From: Myxococcota bacterium
Lineage (GTDB): Bacteria; Myxococcota_A; UBA9160; SZUA-336
Length of the DNA stretch: 64,000 nt
Direction: 5' to 3'
Assembly: GCA_965247115.1 (NCBI GenBank)
Contig: CBDFGR010000003.1
Coordinates: 1,344,001 to 1,408,000, forward strand
Positions 9,330 to 17,971 of the stretch are shown here, in pieces. The translations under genes and the position numbers were made by a program. The notes beneath the pieces were generated by a model. That model was not told where the DNA came from. It ran no database searches and saw nothing but the letters and a program-made list of their open reading frames with translations. How positions within the stretch are numbered: the stretch's first letter is position 1; each line of letters opens with the position of its first letter.

Positions 9330-9845
9330 CTACTCGTCGGGCCGCTCGTAGACGCCGCTCTTACCGCCGCTCTTTCGCACCAGGCGCACCCCCTCGAGCG
9401 TCATCCCCCGGTCGATCGACTTGCACATGTCGTAGACCGTGAGTGCGGCCGCGGAGACGGCCACCAGCGCCTCCATCTCGACGCCGGTGCGGGCGGTCAC
9501 GCGGACGCGGGCCTCGATGTCAATCGCTGGCAGCTCCTCGACGGGCGTGAACTCGACCTCGACCGCATCGAGCGGCAAGGGATGCGCAAGCGGGATCCAC
9601 TCCGAGGTGCGCTTGGCCGCCTGGATCCCCGCGATTCGAGCAACTCCGCGCACGTCGCCCTTCCTGGCAGAGCCCTCCACCACGGCCCGAAAGGCCTCCG
9701 GGGAGAGGAGCACGCGACCCCGTGCGACGGCCTCCCGCACGGTCACTTCCTTGGCTCCCACGTCCACCATCCGAGCGCGCCCCTCCGCATCGAAGTGGCT
9801 TCCGCGGGGCCCTCCCGGAGCGTTGCGCGAGCGAGAATCAGGCAC
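9330..9845 (-). CDS. moaC: Cyclic pyranopterin monophosphate synthase
   Basis: HFDAEGRARMVDV, KGDV, IPLAHPL, TGVEMEAL, YDMCKSID; start approximate. Confidence 0.95.
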   Translation of the reverse strand: MPDSRSRNAPGGPRGSHFDAEGRARMVDVGAKEVTVREAVARGRVLLSPEAFRAVVEGSARKGDVRGVARIAGIQAAKRTSEWIPLAHPLPLDAVEVEFTPVEELPAIDIEARVRVTARTGVEMEALVAVSAAALTVYDMCKSIDRGMTLEGVRLVRKSGGKSGVYERPDE

Positions 9846-9903
9846 GTCCGAACACCGGTATGCGGAGGCTAATCGCCCCACAAGCGCCGGTCAACGCGTC
9901 CAT

Positions 9904-9931
9904 TAAGGCGCATCCGGACGAAAGCCGATGC
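9904..9931 (+). promoter_or_regulatory. sigma28-like promoter for the patatin gene
   Basis: TAAGG-N15-GCCGATGC, followed by an AAGGAG RBS and TTG at 9958. Confidence 0.5.
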
Positions 9932-9957
9932 TTTCAGCGAAGGAGTCGAGCCTCTCC

Positions 9958-11502
9958 TTGAATCAGATCCATCAGATCCGGCTTCTAGACTCCGCCGTTG
10001 GACAGGGCAACAAGGGAGAGGAGGCCCTGCGCTTCCGCGCTCCGGATGGAACCTACTACCTCGGCGACCAGGGTCTGGAGCACCTGCGCGGAGCTGGTGT
10101 TCCCTTCGAGGTGGTGCGGCAGGTGGAGGAAGCGGACGTGCCCGTCCGCTTCCTCCTGCCACACGACGGGGCCGTGCTCGATCCACCACCCGCCGACGTT
10201 CGCATGGCGGTCCTGGCACGCCTGCTCGCGGAGGAGCGAGCGGACGGCAGCGTGCACATCCGCTTCCTGGGGCGCAACCGGACCATTCCCGCTGACGCGT
10301 TCGTGCTGGACCGCTTCGCCGGAAGCCGCAGCTACGTCTGGCAGATGGTGCCGGCGGAGGAGGTCGAGCGACGGCAGGGTCTCGAGCAGCGCTTCTCCGC
10401 GATCCGCAGCCTCGTCTGCGCGGATGACGCGCGCGTCGTGCTGGCGCTCGGCTCGGGAGGCCTCAAGCTCTTCGCCCATGCGCCGGCGCTGCGGCTCTTC
10501 GAGGGGGTCGGCCTGGGCGAGCGGGTCGAGGAGATCTGGGGCTCTAGTGCGGGCGCTCTGGCTGGGCTGCTCTACAGCCACGGCTTCTCGCCACACGCCA
10601 TCGAGCAGCTGGGCTACGACCTCTACTCCGGCCGCTACCAGCTGGCTCTGCGGCCCTCGAAGCTGCAGCTCCTGCGCCATCTGCTGAGAGACGCGCTCAT
10701 GCCCTCGACCGGTACGGCGGCGGCAGGCTTCGTTGATGTTGCCCGCGGACTCTCAGGCATGCTGGACCGCTACTGCACGCAGGCGAGCTCGCGCCGTCCC
10801 TTCTACTGCACCGCCTTCAACCTGGCGGAGTGCCGACCCCAGGTGCTGACGCCCGAGGCGGTGCCGGAGCACCTGCAGGAGCTGATCATCCAGGCCGACC
10901 CGCGCGAGGCAGCCCTGGCTTCGGCAGCGGTTCCGCTCCTATTCGTGCCCAAGTTGATCCGTCATGAGGATGGAGAGACGGCCTACATCGATGGCTCGAC
11001 GACCGAGGACGTTCCCCTGTACTCGGCGCTGCGCAAGTTCGACCTCGATCGCGAGGCGGGGATCGAGTCCCGGCAGCGACTCGTCATCCTGTACGTCAAG
11101 CTCACGGGATCCCTCGAGGCCTACTCCACACGAACGGGACGCGTCGGTAAGTTCCGACTGCTCCAGACGGTCGCCGCAGCGGGCATCGAGACCATGCACC
11201 GGCGCGCCGTGTCGCTGGTCCAGCAGCGCGACGACGTTGAGCTGCTGGGGCTGGAGCTGGGCGACAACGCGGCCGACTTCTTCGATACCGCTCGCATTCC
11301 GCACTTCATCCGCGTGGCCAAAGAGTGCTTTCCAGCCCAGCTCGGTGAGATCGAGCGGAAGCTCCGGAGCCGCAACGAGCGGGGCGGGGAGCGAGGGAGC
11401 GCGCCCCGGCGCAGCTCGGCCCCGAGCGGAGGGCTCGCTAAGGTCTCGCCGTGGATGAGCCGCGTTTTCCGAAGAGCGTCGAAGCCGCAACAGAGCGGCT
11501 GA
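9958..11502 (+). CDS. Patatin-like phospholipase with unrecognised N-terminal domain
   Basis: LALGSGGLK (oxyanion loop), GSSAG nucleophile elbow, ASAAVP, YIDGS catalytic Asp. Confidence 0.8.
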   Translation: MNQIHQIRLLDSAVGQGNKGEEALRFRAPDGTYYLGDQGLEHLRGAGVPFEVVRQVEEADVPVRFLLPHDGAVLDPPPADVRMAVLARLLAEERADGSVHIRFLGRNRTIPADAFVLDRFAGSRSYVWQMVPAEEVERRQGLEQRFSAIRSLVCADDARVVLALGSGGLKLFAHAPALRLFEGVGLGERVEEIWGSSAGALAGLLYSHGFSPHAIEQLGYDLYSGRYQLALRPSKLQLLRHLLRDALMPSTGTAAAGFVDVARGLSGMLDRYCTQASSRRPFYCTAFNLAECRPQVLTPEAVPEHLQELIIQADPREAALASAAVPLLFVPKLIRHEDGETAYIDGSTTEDVPLYSALRKFDLDREAGIESRQRLVILYVKLTGSLEAYSTRTGRVGKFRLLQTVAAAGIETMHRRAVSLVQQRDDVELLGLELGDNAADFFDTARIPHFIRVAKECFPAQLGEIERKLRSRNERGGERGSAPRRSSAPSGGLAKVSPWMSRVFRRASKPQQSG

Positions 11503-12749
11503 CGAGTCGCGATCACCGCACCTGGGCGGTTGGCGGTGCACTCCGCGACGCACTCCTGGGGCGTCCACCGCGCGACTACGACTTCCTCGTCGCGTCGCCG
11601 CTCGAGGCGGCGCGCGCGGCGCTTTCCGAGGGCCGGATCATCCGCGCGCGCGAGACCGCGCTGCGCTTGCCCCGACGCGGGAATCGGCCACAGATCGAGA
11701 TCACATCGCTCACCGAGCGCGGTCACTCGCTGGAAGTCGACCTCCGCGGTCGCGAGTTCACGCTGAACGCGATTGCCTTCGACCTGCGTGACAGAGCCTG
11801 GTGTGATCCGACCGGAGGGATCTCGGATCTCGCCTCCCGGCTCCTGCGGGCGAGCGATCCGGAGCGGACGTTCCGGGCGGATCCGTTGCGCATCGTGCGC
11901 GGCCTGCGCCTGGCAGGAGAGCTGGGCCTCGAGGTGGAAAGCGCGACGGGCGTCGGGATGAGGCGCACCTCGTGGTGCCTGCACTGGGTCCCGGGGGAGC
12001 GGCTGCGCGAAGAGCTGTACCGGGTCTTGCGCCTTGCGAACGCCAGCAGCGTCCTCGAAGAGCTCCGTGCTTGCGGCGCGCTGGCCGTACTGCTTCCCGA
12101 GCTGCTTCGCAGCGTCGGCGTGCTCGTGCCAGGCTCGACGGGCGACGTCTATCGGATGTGCCTCGAGCTGTGCGACGCGCTTGCGCCTGCGCCGGAGCTT
12201 CGACTTGCGGGGTTGCTGCGCGGCGCCTCGGTGGCCGACTCGAAGCACTATCTGCCCCAACAGGGCGAGTTCCAGCTGCAGCGCGTGGAGCTGCACGGCG
12301 CCGCTCTGGTTCCCCCCGTCGCCGAGCGCCTGCGCCTGTCGAGGCGTCAGGCCCGCGCCCTGGAGACTCGCGTTCGCAGCCTACGGCGCGACCCCTCCGA
12401 TGCGCGGGGGATCCGCCGCATGCTCGAGCGAGCCGGTCGCGATACTCTGGGCGACCTCCTGGAGCTGCGCCGGGCCGAGCGCGCTCGAGGGGAGAACGAG
12501 GGGAGCCGGTCCGTCGAGTGGAAAGCGCTGGAGGCGCGCATCCGAGCCGTGGCTTCCGACTGGAAGCAACAGCCGCTCGCGATCGGGGGAAAGGACGTGG
12601 TGCAGACCCTGATGATCTCCGAGGGACCAGAGGTGGGTAGGTGGCTGCGCCGCCTCCGCTGGCGGGTCGTACAGCGTCCACACGAGAACGAGCGGGAGAG
12701 ACTCGTCGCCTGGCTCCGGCAGGCCCACCAACTCCGAAGAGCGAGCTAG
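11451..12749 (+). CDS. CCA/poly(A) polymerase-family nucleotidyltransferase with degenerate HD domain
   Basis: VGGALRD...DYD, DLRGREFTLNA, DPTGG..DL, ADPLRIVR, ERLREE. Confidence 0.8.
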   Translation: MDEPRFPKSVEAATERLTSRDHRTWAVGGALRDALLGRPPRDYDFLVASPLEAARAALSEGRIIRARETALRLPRRGNRPQIEITSLTERGHSLEVDLRGREFTLNAIAFDLRDRAWCDPTGGISDLASRLLRASDPERTFRADPLRIVRGLRLAGELGLEVESATGVGMRRTSWCLHWVPGERLREELYRVLRLANASSVLEELRACGALAVLLPELLRSVGVLVPGSTGDVYRMCLELCDALAPAPELRLAGLLRGASVADSKHYLPQQGEFQLQRVELHGAALVPPVAERLRLSRRQARALETRVRSLRRDPSDARGIRRMLERAGRDTLGDLLELRRAERARGENEGSRSVEWKALEARIRAVASDWKQQPLAIGGKDVVQTLMISEGPEVGRWLRRLRWRVVQRPHENERERLVAWLRQAHQLRRAS

Positions 12750-12750
12750 C

Positions 12751-13500
12751 GTGTACCCCGTCCTCTTCCGGATCGGATCGTTCGAGCTGTCGAGCTTCGG
12801 CGTCCTCGTCGCGCTCGCCATGCTCATCGGGACGAGTGTCGCCGCCAGGGCCTTCGAGGACGACGGCCTTCCCCGGGATGCCGCGTGGCGCGTGCTGACC
12901 TGGTGCATCGTGGGCGGGCTCGTCGGGTCGAAGCTCTGGTTCGTCGCCGAGCAGCTGTCCAGGTACCCCGGGACCTCACTGTTCGATCACCTGCTCTCCC
13001 GCGCGGGACTGACCTGGTACGGGGGTCTCTTGGGGGGTGCGCTCGGCGGGGCGCTCGGGCTTCGGGCGAACAGCATCCCCCAGCTCCGGGGCTTCAACGC
13101 GGCCGCGCCCGCAATGGCGTTGGGGCACGCGCTTGGACGCATCGGCTGCCTGCTCGTCGGCGACGACTACGGCAGGACCAGCGACGTTCCCTGGGCCATC
13201 GCCTTCCCACAGGGTACGCCGCCCACGGAGCTTCCCGTGCATCCGACCATGCTGTATGAGACCCTCTGGCTGCTGCCCGCCGCGGGCTGGCTGTGGCGTC
13301 GCCGACGCTCCTCGCCGTTTCTGTTCGGCGAGTACATGATCCTCACGGGAGCCGGCCGCTTCTGGATCGAGAGTCTGCGCACGAATCCGCCCGCGCTTTT
13401 CGGACTCACGAACGCCCAGATCGCCGCCGCGCTTCTGGTTCTGGTCGGGGCGGTAGGCTGGCTCGCTTTTCAGCGGAAGATCAGCGCTCCCGACGCCTAG
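12751..13500 (+). CDS. lgt: Prolipoprotein diacylglyceryl transferase
   Basis: MYPVLFRIG, GLTWYGG, GRIGCLLVGDDYG, HPTMLYE, RFWIESLR. Confidence 0.93.
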   Translation: MYPVLFRIGSFELSSFGVLVALAMLIGTSVAARAFEDDGLPRDAAWRVLTWCIVGGLVGSKLWFVAEQLSRYPGTSLFDHLLSRAGLTWYGGLLGGALGGALGLRANSIPQLRGFNAAAPAMALGHALGRIGCLLVGDDYGRTSDVPWAIAFPQGTPPTELPVHPTMLYETLWLLPAAGWLWRRRRSSPFLFGEYMILTGAGRFWIESLRTNPPALFGLTNAQIAAALLVLVGAVGWLAFQRKISAPDA

Positions 13501-14420
13501 ACTGCCGGGGGGGCGACAGAGGCCGCGACGCGCAGAGCGCGCTCCGCCAGCTCGGAGTCTCCACCCTCCCGACTCTCACCGAGACTGCAGAGGACGCGGT
13601 GCGCCCGCTGGCTCCACAGGGCAGGCCGGTTGTGCACCGACGCCCAGGTCTCGAAGGCGTCCAGCGCGGAGCGAACGTCGCCCGCGTAATAGCTGGCCAT
13701 GCCGTGTGCAAAGGATCTGGCCGCCGTACAGGTCCGCGAGTCCCGGACTTCCGGATGGTCGAGCAGGACCTCCGCTTCGGAGAAGTGGCCGTTGTCGAGC
13801 AGGCTGTGGATCGCGAGCTCGAAGGCCCGCGCCGCCGAGCCGTAGACGTCCTCGAGCAGCGTGGCAAGTGGGGTGTCAAACACGCCCTCGGTCCGCGCCG
13901 GATCGTCGAGCAGGCTGCGCGCCACGGCGCCGCTCTCGGGCATGTGCCGAAGCACGATCAAGAGCTGGTCCCGTGTCTCGCGGAACAGCTCCTCAGTCTC
14001 CGACTCGGATTCGAGCATGCGACGTCGGCCCGCCTCGAACGCCTGCAGGAAGACCGCGGCGAGCGGGCCCGCGGCGCTGCCTTCCGCAATCAGGCGCTGC
14101 AGGCGCGGCTCGTACGTCGCTGTCGTGTAATAGCCCTCGCGGAACTTCATGCTCTCGTGAAAGAGCGCGCCGACGGCGAGGTCGAAGAGCTCCTCGGCTT
14201 GCACGTCGGCGTAGGGATGGGTGTCATCCTTGCGGAACAGGGCGTGACACTCCTCCTTGAGCCGAAAGAGAACGCTCCCCTCGTCCTGCTCGACGAGCCG
14301 GTCCACGTCCGTAAAGTCGAGCTCACCGGAAGCGAGCTTCTCGCCGATCTTCCTGGAGAGCACGAACGCCTCCATGAACTCGCGGACGATCTGGGCCACG
14401 CGCTGCGTTCGTCGCTCCAC
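13497..14420 (-). CDS. Hypothetical helical protein
   Basis: 307-aa ORF with normal protein composition filling the gap between lgt and the MFS gene; no function recognised. Confidence 0.7.
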   Translation of the reverse strand: MERRTQRVAQIVREFMEAFVLSRKIGEKLASGELDFTDVDRLVEQDEGSVLFRLKEECHALFRKDDTHPYADVQAEELFDLAVGALFHESMKFREGYYTTATYEPRLQRLIAEGSAAGPLAAVFLQAFEAGRRRMLESESETEELFRETRDQLLIVLRHMPESGAVARSLLDDPARTEGVFDTPLATLLEDVYGSAARAFELAIHSLLDNGHFSEAEVLLDHPEVRDSRTCTAARSFAHGMASYYAGDVRSALDAFETWASVHNRPALWSQRAHRVLCSLGESREGGDSELAERALRVAASVAPPAV

Positions 14421-14503
14421 TAGACTCTGGACCCCATGCAGCCGCTCGCCTTCCCCTCGCCAGCAACGATATCAAATGCCCGAGCTCTGTGGAGCAGCCA
14501 CGC

Positions 14504-15709
14504 ATGAACGGCAAGCCGGCACGCTCCCGCATCGCAGCGGCGGTGATCTTCACCACGATCCTGATCGACTTCATGGGCTTCAGCATCCTGCTGCCCGTAC
14601 TGCCGGAGTTTGTCCGCGACCTGGGAGAGGAGTCCTTTCACGTACCACTCATCACAGCGCTCTACGCCCTCGGGCTCGTACTCTTCCTTCCGCTGTGGGG
14701 ATATGTCTCGGACAGGGTGGGTCGTCGCCCGGTGCTGCTCGTCTCCCTGCTGGGAACCGCGTTCTCCTTCGTGCTGCTTGCCAGCTCCAACTCCCTCGAG
14801 TCGGTCTACCTGGCGCGCTTTCTCGGTGGCTTCTTCGGCGCGAGCATCGGCACCGCACAGGCGTACATGACCGATCTCACCGATGTCGAGACGCGTGCCG
14901 AGGGCATGGGACTGCTCGGAGCGGCCACTGGCCTGGGACTGGTGCTCGGTACGGCAGTGGGGGGGACACTCGCCTACGTCAACCCGACGCTCCCGTTCTG
15001 GGTCACGGCGGGCGTCGCCGCACTCAACTTCGGACTCGCAGCGTGGACCCTGCCCGAGTCCAGGGCGCCCGAGCCCGCCGCGGTTGGCTGGCAGGGCTTC
15101 GCGCGCGTGCTCGTTCCCGCACCGATACTCGTCGCCGCGAGCGTCCACAGCAACCAGACGCGTCTGTACCTGTACCTCTTCCTGCACATCTTCTTCGCGT
15201 TCTCCGCCATCGAAGCCATGTTCCCGCTCTTTGCCGAGGATCGGTTCGGCTGGAACGAGCTGCAGATCGGCCTGTTCATGGCAGTGATCGGCGCGGCCCT
15301 CGGCGCGACTCAAGGACTGGTCGTCGGTCGGCTGAGCCGCGCCTGGGGAGAGGGACCGACGACCGTCGCCGGCCTCGGCATCATGGCCGCATCGACGCTG
15401 TGCCTGTCGCTGTCGTACGAGCTCTCCTGGCTGCTCCTCTCCGGCCTCGGCCTGGCGGTTGGGGCCGGACTGGCGCTGCCCACGCTCACGAGCTTGTTCT
15501 CGCAGGTGTGTGGCGAGCACGAGGCGGGTGAGTACCTGAGCCAGAGCCAGGCCATGGTCCATACAGGCCGCACGATCGGCTCGCTCTGTTGGGGATGGGT
15601 GTTCTACACCGCCGGCGCGGGAGCGCCGTTCTTGTTCAGCGGCTTGAGCATGCTCGGCGCGCTGGTGATCGTCGTCGCGGGGGCGCGGGTCCTGCTACCC
15701 AAGCTCTGA
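14504..15709 (+). CDS. MFS transporter (TetA/DHA1-like)
   Basis: About 12 TM helices, GYVSDRVGRRPVLL motif A. Confidence 0.9.
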   Translation: MNGKPARSRIAAAVIFTTILIDFMGFSILLPVLPEFVRDLGEESFHVPLITALYALGLVLFLPLWGYVSDRVGRRPVLLVSLLGTAFSFVLLASSNSLESVYLARFLGGFFGASIGTAQAYMTDLTDVETRAEGMGLLGAATGLGLVLGTAVGGTLAYVNPTLPFWVTAGVAALNFGLAAWTLPESRAPEPAAVGWQGFARVLVPAPILVAASVHSNQTRLYLYLFLHIFFAFSAIEAMFPLFAEDRFGWNELQIGLFMAVIGAALGATQGLVVGRLSRAWGEGPTTVAGLGIMAASTLCLSLSYELSWLLLSGLGLAVGAGLALPTLTSLFSQVCGEHEAGEYLSQSQAMVHTGRTIGSLCWGWVFYTAGAGAPFLFSGLSMLGALVIVVAGARVLLPKL

Positions 15710-15778
15710 GCGCAGGGATATCGTGTACCCTCGAAGGGCCCGACGGTGTGACCCGTGGGAGCAAACAGTGAGGAGATC

Positions 15779-17482
15779 ATGAGTAACGTGGAGCGAGAGC
15801 GGCTGGACGTAGACATCCTCTTCGTGGGAGCTGGAGCCGCAACCTTGTCTTGCGCGATCCGTCTCGCCCAGCTCTGCCAGGAGCAGAACCTGGAGATGCC
15901 GGCCATTCTCGTGATCGAGAAGGCGCCCGAGGTCGGAGCCCACCAGCTCTCAGGAGCGATGATGGATCCGGTCGCGCTGGGCGAGCTCATTCCCGACTTC
16001 GAAGAGCAGGGCTTTCCGTATCACTATCGCTGCACCAAGGACGCGGTCTGGGTCCTGACGAAGACCGGGAGGTCCTACACCTTCCCCATCACTCCTCCCC
16101 CGTTCGCCAACCACGGGAACTACGCCATCTCGCTCTCCGACACCGTGAAGTGGCTGTCGACGAAGGCTGAGGAGCTGGGCATCGAGATCTATCCGGGCTT
16201 CCCCGCCGCTCGCCCTCTCTTCGAAGAAGATCGCCTGGTCGGTGTCCAGATCCAGGACCGGGGCATCGACGGGGACGGAAAGCAGAAGGGCGTCTTCGAG
16301 GCGGGCCCTGAGATCTACGCCAGGTGCGTCGTGTTCGGCGAGGGCCCGCGCGGGTCGTGTACGAAGCAGCTGCTCGACCGGTTCGACATGCACGGGGAGA
16401 ACCCGCAGTCCTACGAGACGGGGATCAAGGAGATCTGGAAGATCAAGCCCGAGAACCACCAGCCGGGCCGCGTGATTCATACCATGGGCTACCCACACGA
16501 CCCCACGACCTTCGGTGGCGGCTGGATCTACGATCTCAAGGACAGCCACATCTCTCTCGGGTTCGTGACCGGACTCAACTACGACAACCCGTACACGGAT
16601 CCCCACGACGCCATGCAGCGCTTCAAGACGCACCCGAAGATCGCGAAGATTCTCGAAGGCGGGGAGTGCATCCGCTACGGCGCCAAGACGCTGCCCGCCG
16701 GGGGCCACTTCGCCCAGCCCAAGCTCTACGCGAACGGTGCGCTGCTCGTGGGAGATTCCGCCGGCACGTGTAACGGCGGACGGCTCAAGGGCGTGCACCT
16801 CGCCATGAAGAGCGGGATGCTGGCCGCCGAGGCGCTGATCGACGCGGTGACGAAGGACGATTTCTCCGAGGCGACACTCTCACGCTACAAGGAGCTCTAC
16901 GACGAGAGCTGGGCCTACAAGCAGCACTGGTTCGATCGGAACTTTCATGCCTCCTTCGACTTTGCGCAGAAGATGCCGCGCTGGCTGGGGTGGCTCCGCC
17001 AGCTCCCGTGGCTGCTCAACGGACAGGTACTGGCCATGCTGACAGGGGGGAGAGGTCTCTTCCGGCATGTGAAGTCCCATCCGGATCACACGCACATGAA
17101 GAAGCTCCGCGAGCTCACGCCGCAGGAGCGGCGCAAGTCGGAGAAGCTCGCGTACGACAACAAGCTGACCTTCGACAAGGTGACAGCGGTCTCACTCGCT
17201 GGCTCCCGGCATGAGGTCGACCAGCCGCACCACCTGGTTGTCGCGGACACGGACGTGTGTGCCGATCAGTGCGCCGAAGAGTACGGCAATCCCTGCGAGA
17301 GCTTCTGTCCCGCGGACGTCTACGAGATGATCGACGACGACGATAAGCCGGGAGCACGCAAGCTCATCATCCATCACGAAAACTGCGTGCACTGCAAGAC
17401 CTGCGACGTCGCCGACCCCTACCAGATCATCACCTGGACTACCCCGGAAGGCGGCGAGGGTCCCGACTACACACAGATGTAG
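15779..17482 (+). CDS. Electron transfer flavoprotein-quinone oxidoreductase
   Basis: VGAGAA FAD-binding, HQLSGA, GIKEIW, KGVHLAMKSG, C-terminal CPADVYE...NCVHCKTC...PEGGEGP 4Fe-4S domain. Confidence 0.93.
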   Translation: MSNVERERLDVDILFVGAGAATLSCAIRLAQLCQEQNLEMPAILVIEKAPEVGAHQLSGAMMDPVALGELIPDFEEQGFPYHYRCTKDAVWVLTKTGRSYTFPITPPPFANHGNYAISLSDTVKWLSTKAEELGIEIYPGFPAARPLFEEDRLVGVQIQDRGIDGDGKQKGVFEAGPEIYARCVVFGEGPRGSCTKQLLDRFDMHGENPQSYETGIKEIWKIKPENHQPGRVIHTMGYPHDPTTFGGGWIYDLKDSHISLGFVTGLNYDNPYTDPHDAMQRFKTHPKIAKILEGGECIRYGAKTLPAGGHFAQPKLYANGALLVGDSAGTCNGGRLKGVHLAMKSGMLAAEALIDAVTKDDFSEATLSRYKELYDESWAYKQHWFDRNFHASFDFAQKMPRWLGWLRQLPWLLNGQVLAMLTGGRGLFRHVKSHPDHTHMKKLRELTPQERRKSEKLAYDNKLTFDKVTAVSLAGSRHEVDQPHHLVVADTDVCADQCAEEYGNPCESFCPADVYEMIDDDDKPGARKLIIHHENCVHCKTCDVADPYQIITWTTPEGGEGPDYTQM

Positions 17483-17490
17483 CGGGCGGG

Positions 17491-17964
17491 CTAAGACTCA
17501 CACAGGTCGCCGCGGCCGTCGCCGTCGGAGTCGTCCTGACCGCGGTTCGGAAGCTCGGGACAGTTGTCCTGGCTATCCGAGATCCCATCGCCGTCCCTAT
17601 CCGGGCCGCGGGAGTCTGGATCGGCAATGAGCGCACCGATCCCCCCACCAAGGATGCCACCGGCGAGAGCTCCCCAGGCCGCCCCCCCGCCATGATTCGA
17701 GCTGCTCAGGCCACCCACCGCTGCCCCCACTCCTGCCCCGATCGCAGCCCCGTCCTTCATTCCGGTAGGCTTTGCACAACCCGCCAGTAGGAGCAGCCCG
17801 GCAAGCGCAGCGATGGCGAGGGGCCTCCGCGAAGGTGGGTGGCCGCAAGCCGCGCCAAAGGCGCGGTGCGCAGTGAGGCGATAGCCGAACGAAGAGCGGG
17901 TGGCGCGCGACCGCTCGCGCGCCGGGCCCCGCAAGACGGGCCGCCCGCGGGCCGGGTCCCGCAT
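17491..17964 (-). CDS. Small lipoprotein with glycine zipper and thrombospondin type-3 Ca-binding repeat (start uncertain)
   Basis: LLLLAGC lipobox, GAAIGAGVGAAVG zipper, DRDGDGISDSQDNCP..PN..Q.DSDGDG.GDLC; the nearest in-frame ATG lies inside a repeat element. Confidence 0.7.
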   Translation of the reverse strand: MRDPARGRPVLRGPARERSRATRSSFGYRLTAHRAFGAACGHPPSRRPLAIAALAGLLLLAGCAKPTGMKDGAAIGAGVGAAVGGLSSSNHGGGAAWGALAGGILGGGIGALIADPDSRGPDRDGDGISDSQDNCPELPNRGQDDSDGDGRGDLCES

Positions 17965-17969
17965 GACCT
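17829..17969. repeat. Structured dispersed repeat, copy A
   Basis: Shares GCGAAGGTGGGTGGCC, GGCCGCCCGCGGGCCGGGTCCC and a two-hairpin module with 63340-63435. Confidence 0.72.
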
Positions 17970-17971
17970 GA

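Noticed and set aside
9958..12749. Patatin plus nucleotidyltransferase as a CBASS (CapV/CD-NTase) system
   Set aside because: The NTase has CCA/PAP-family motifs, not CD-NTase motifs, and the context is housekeeping
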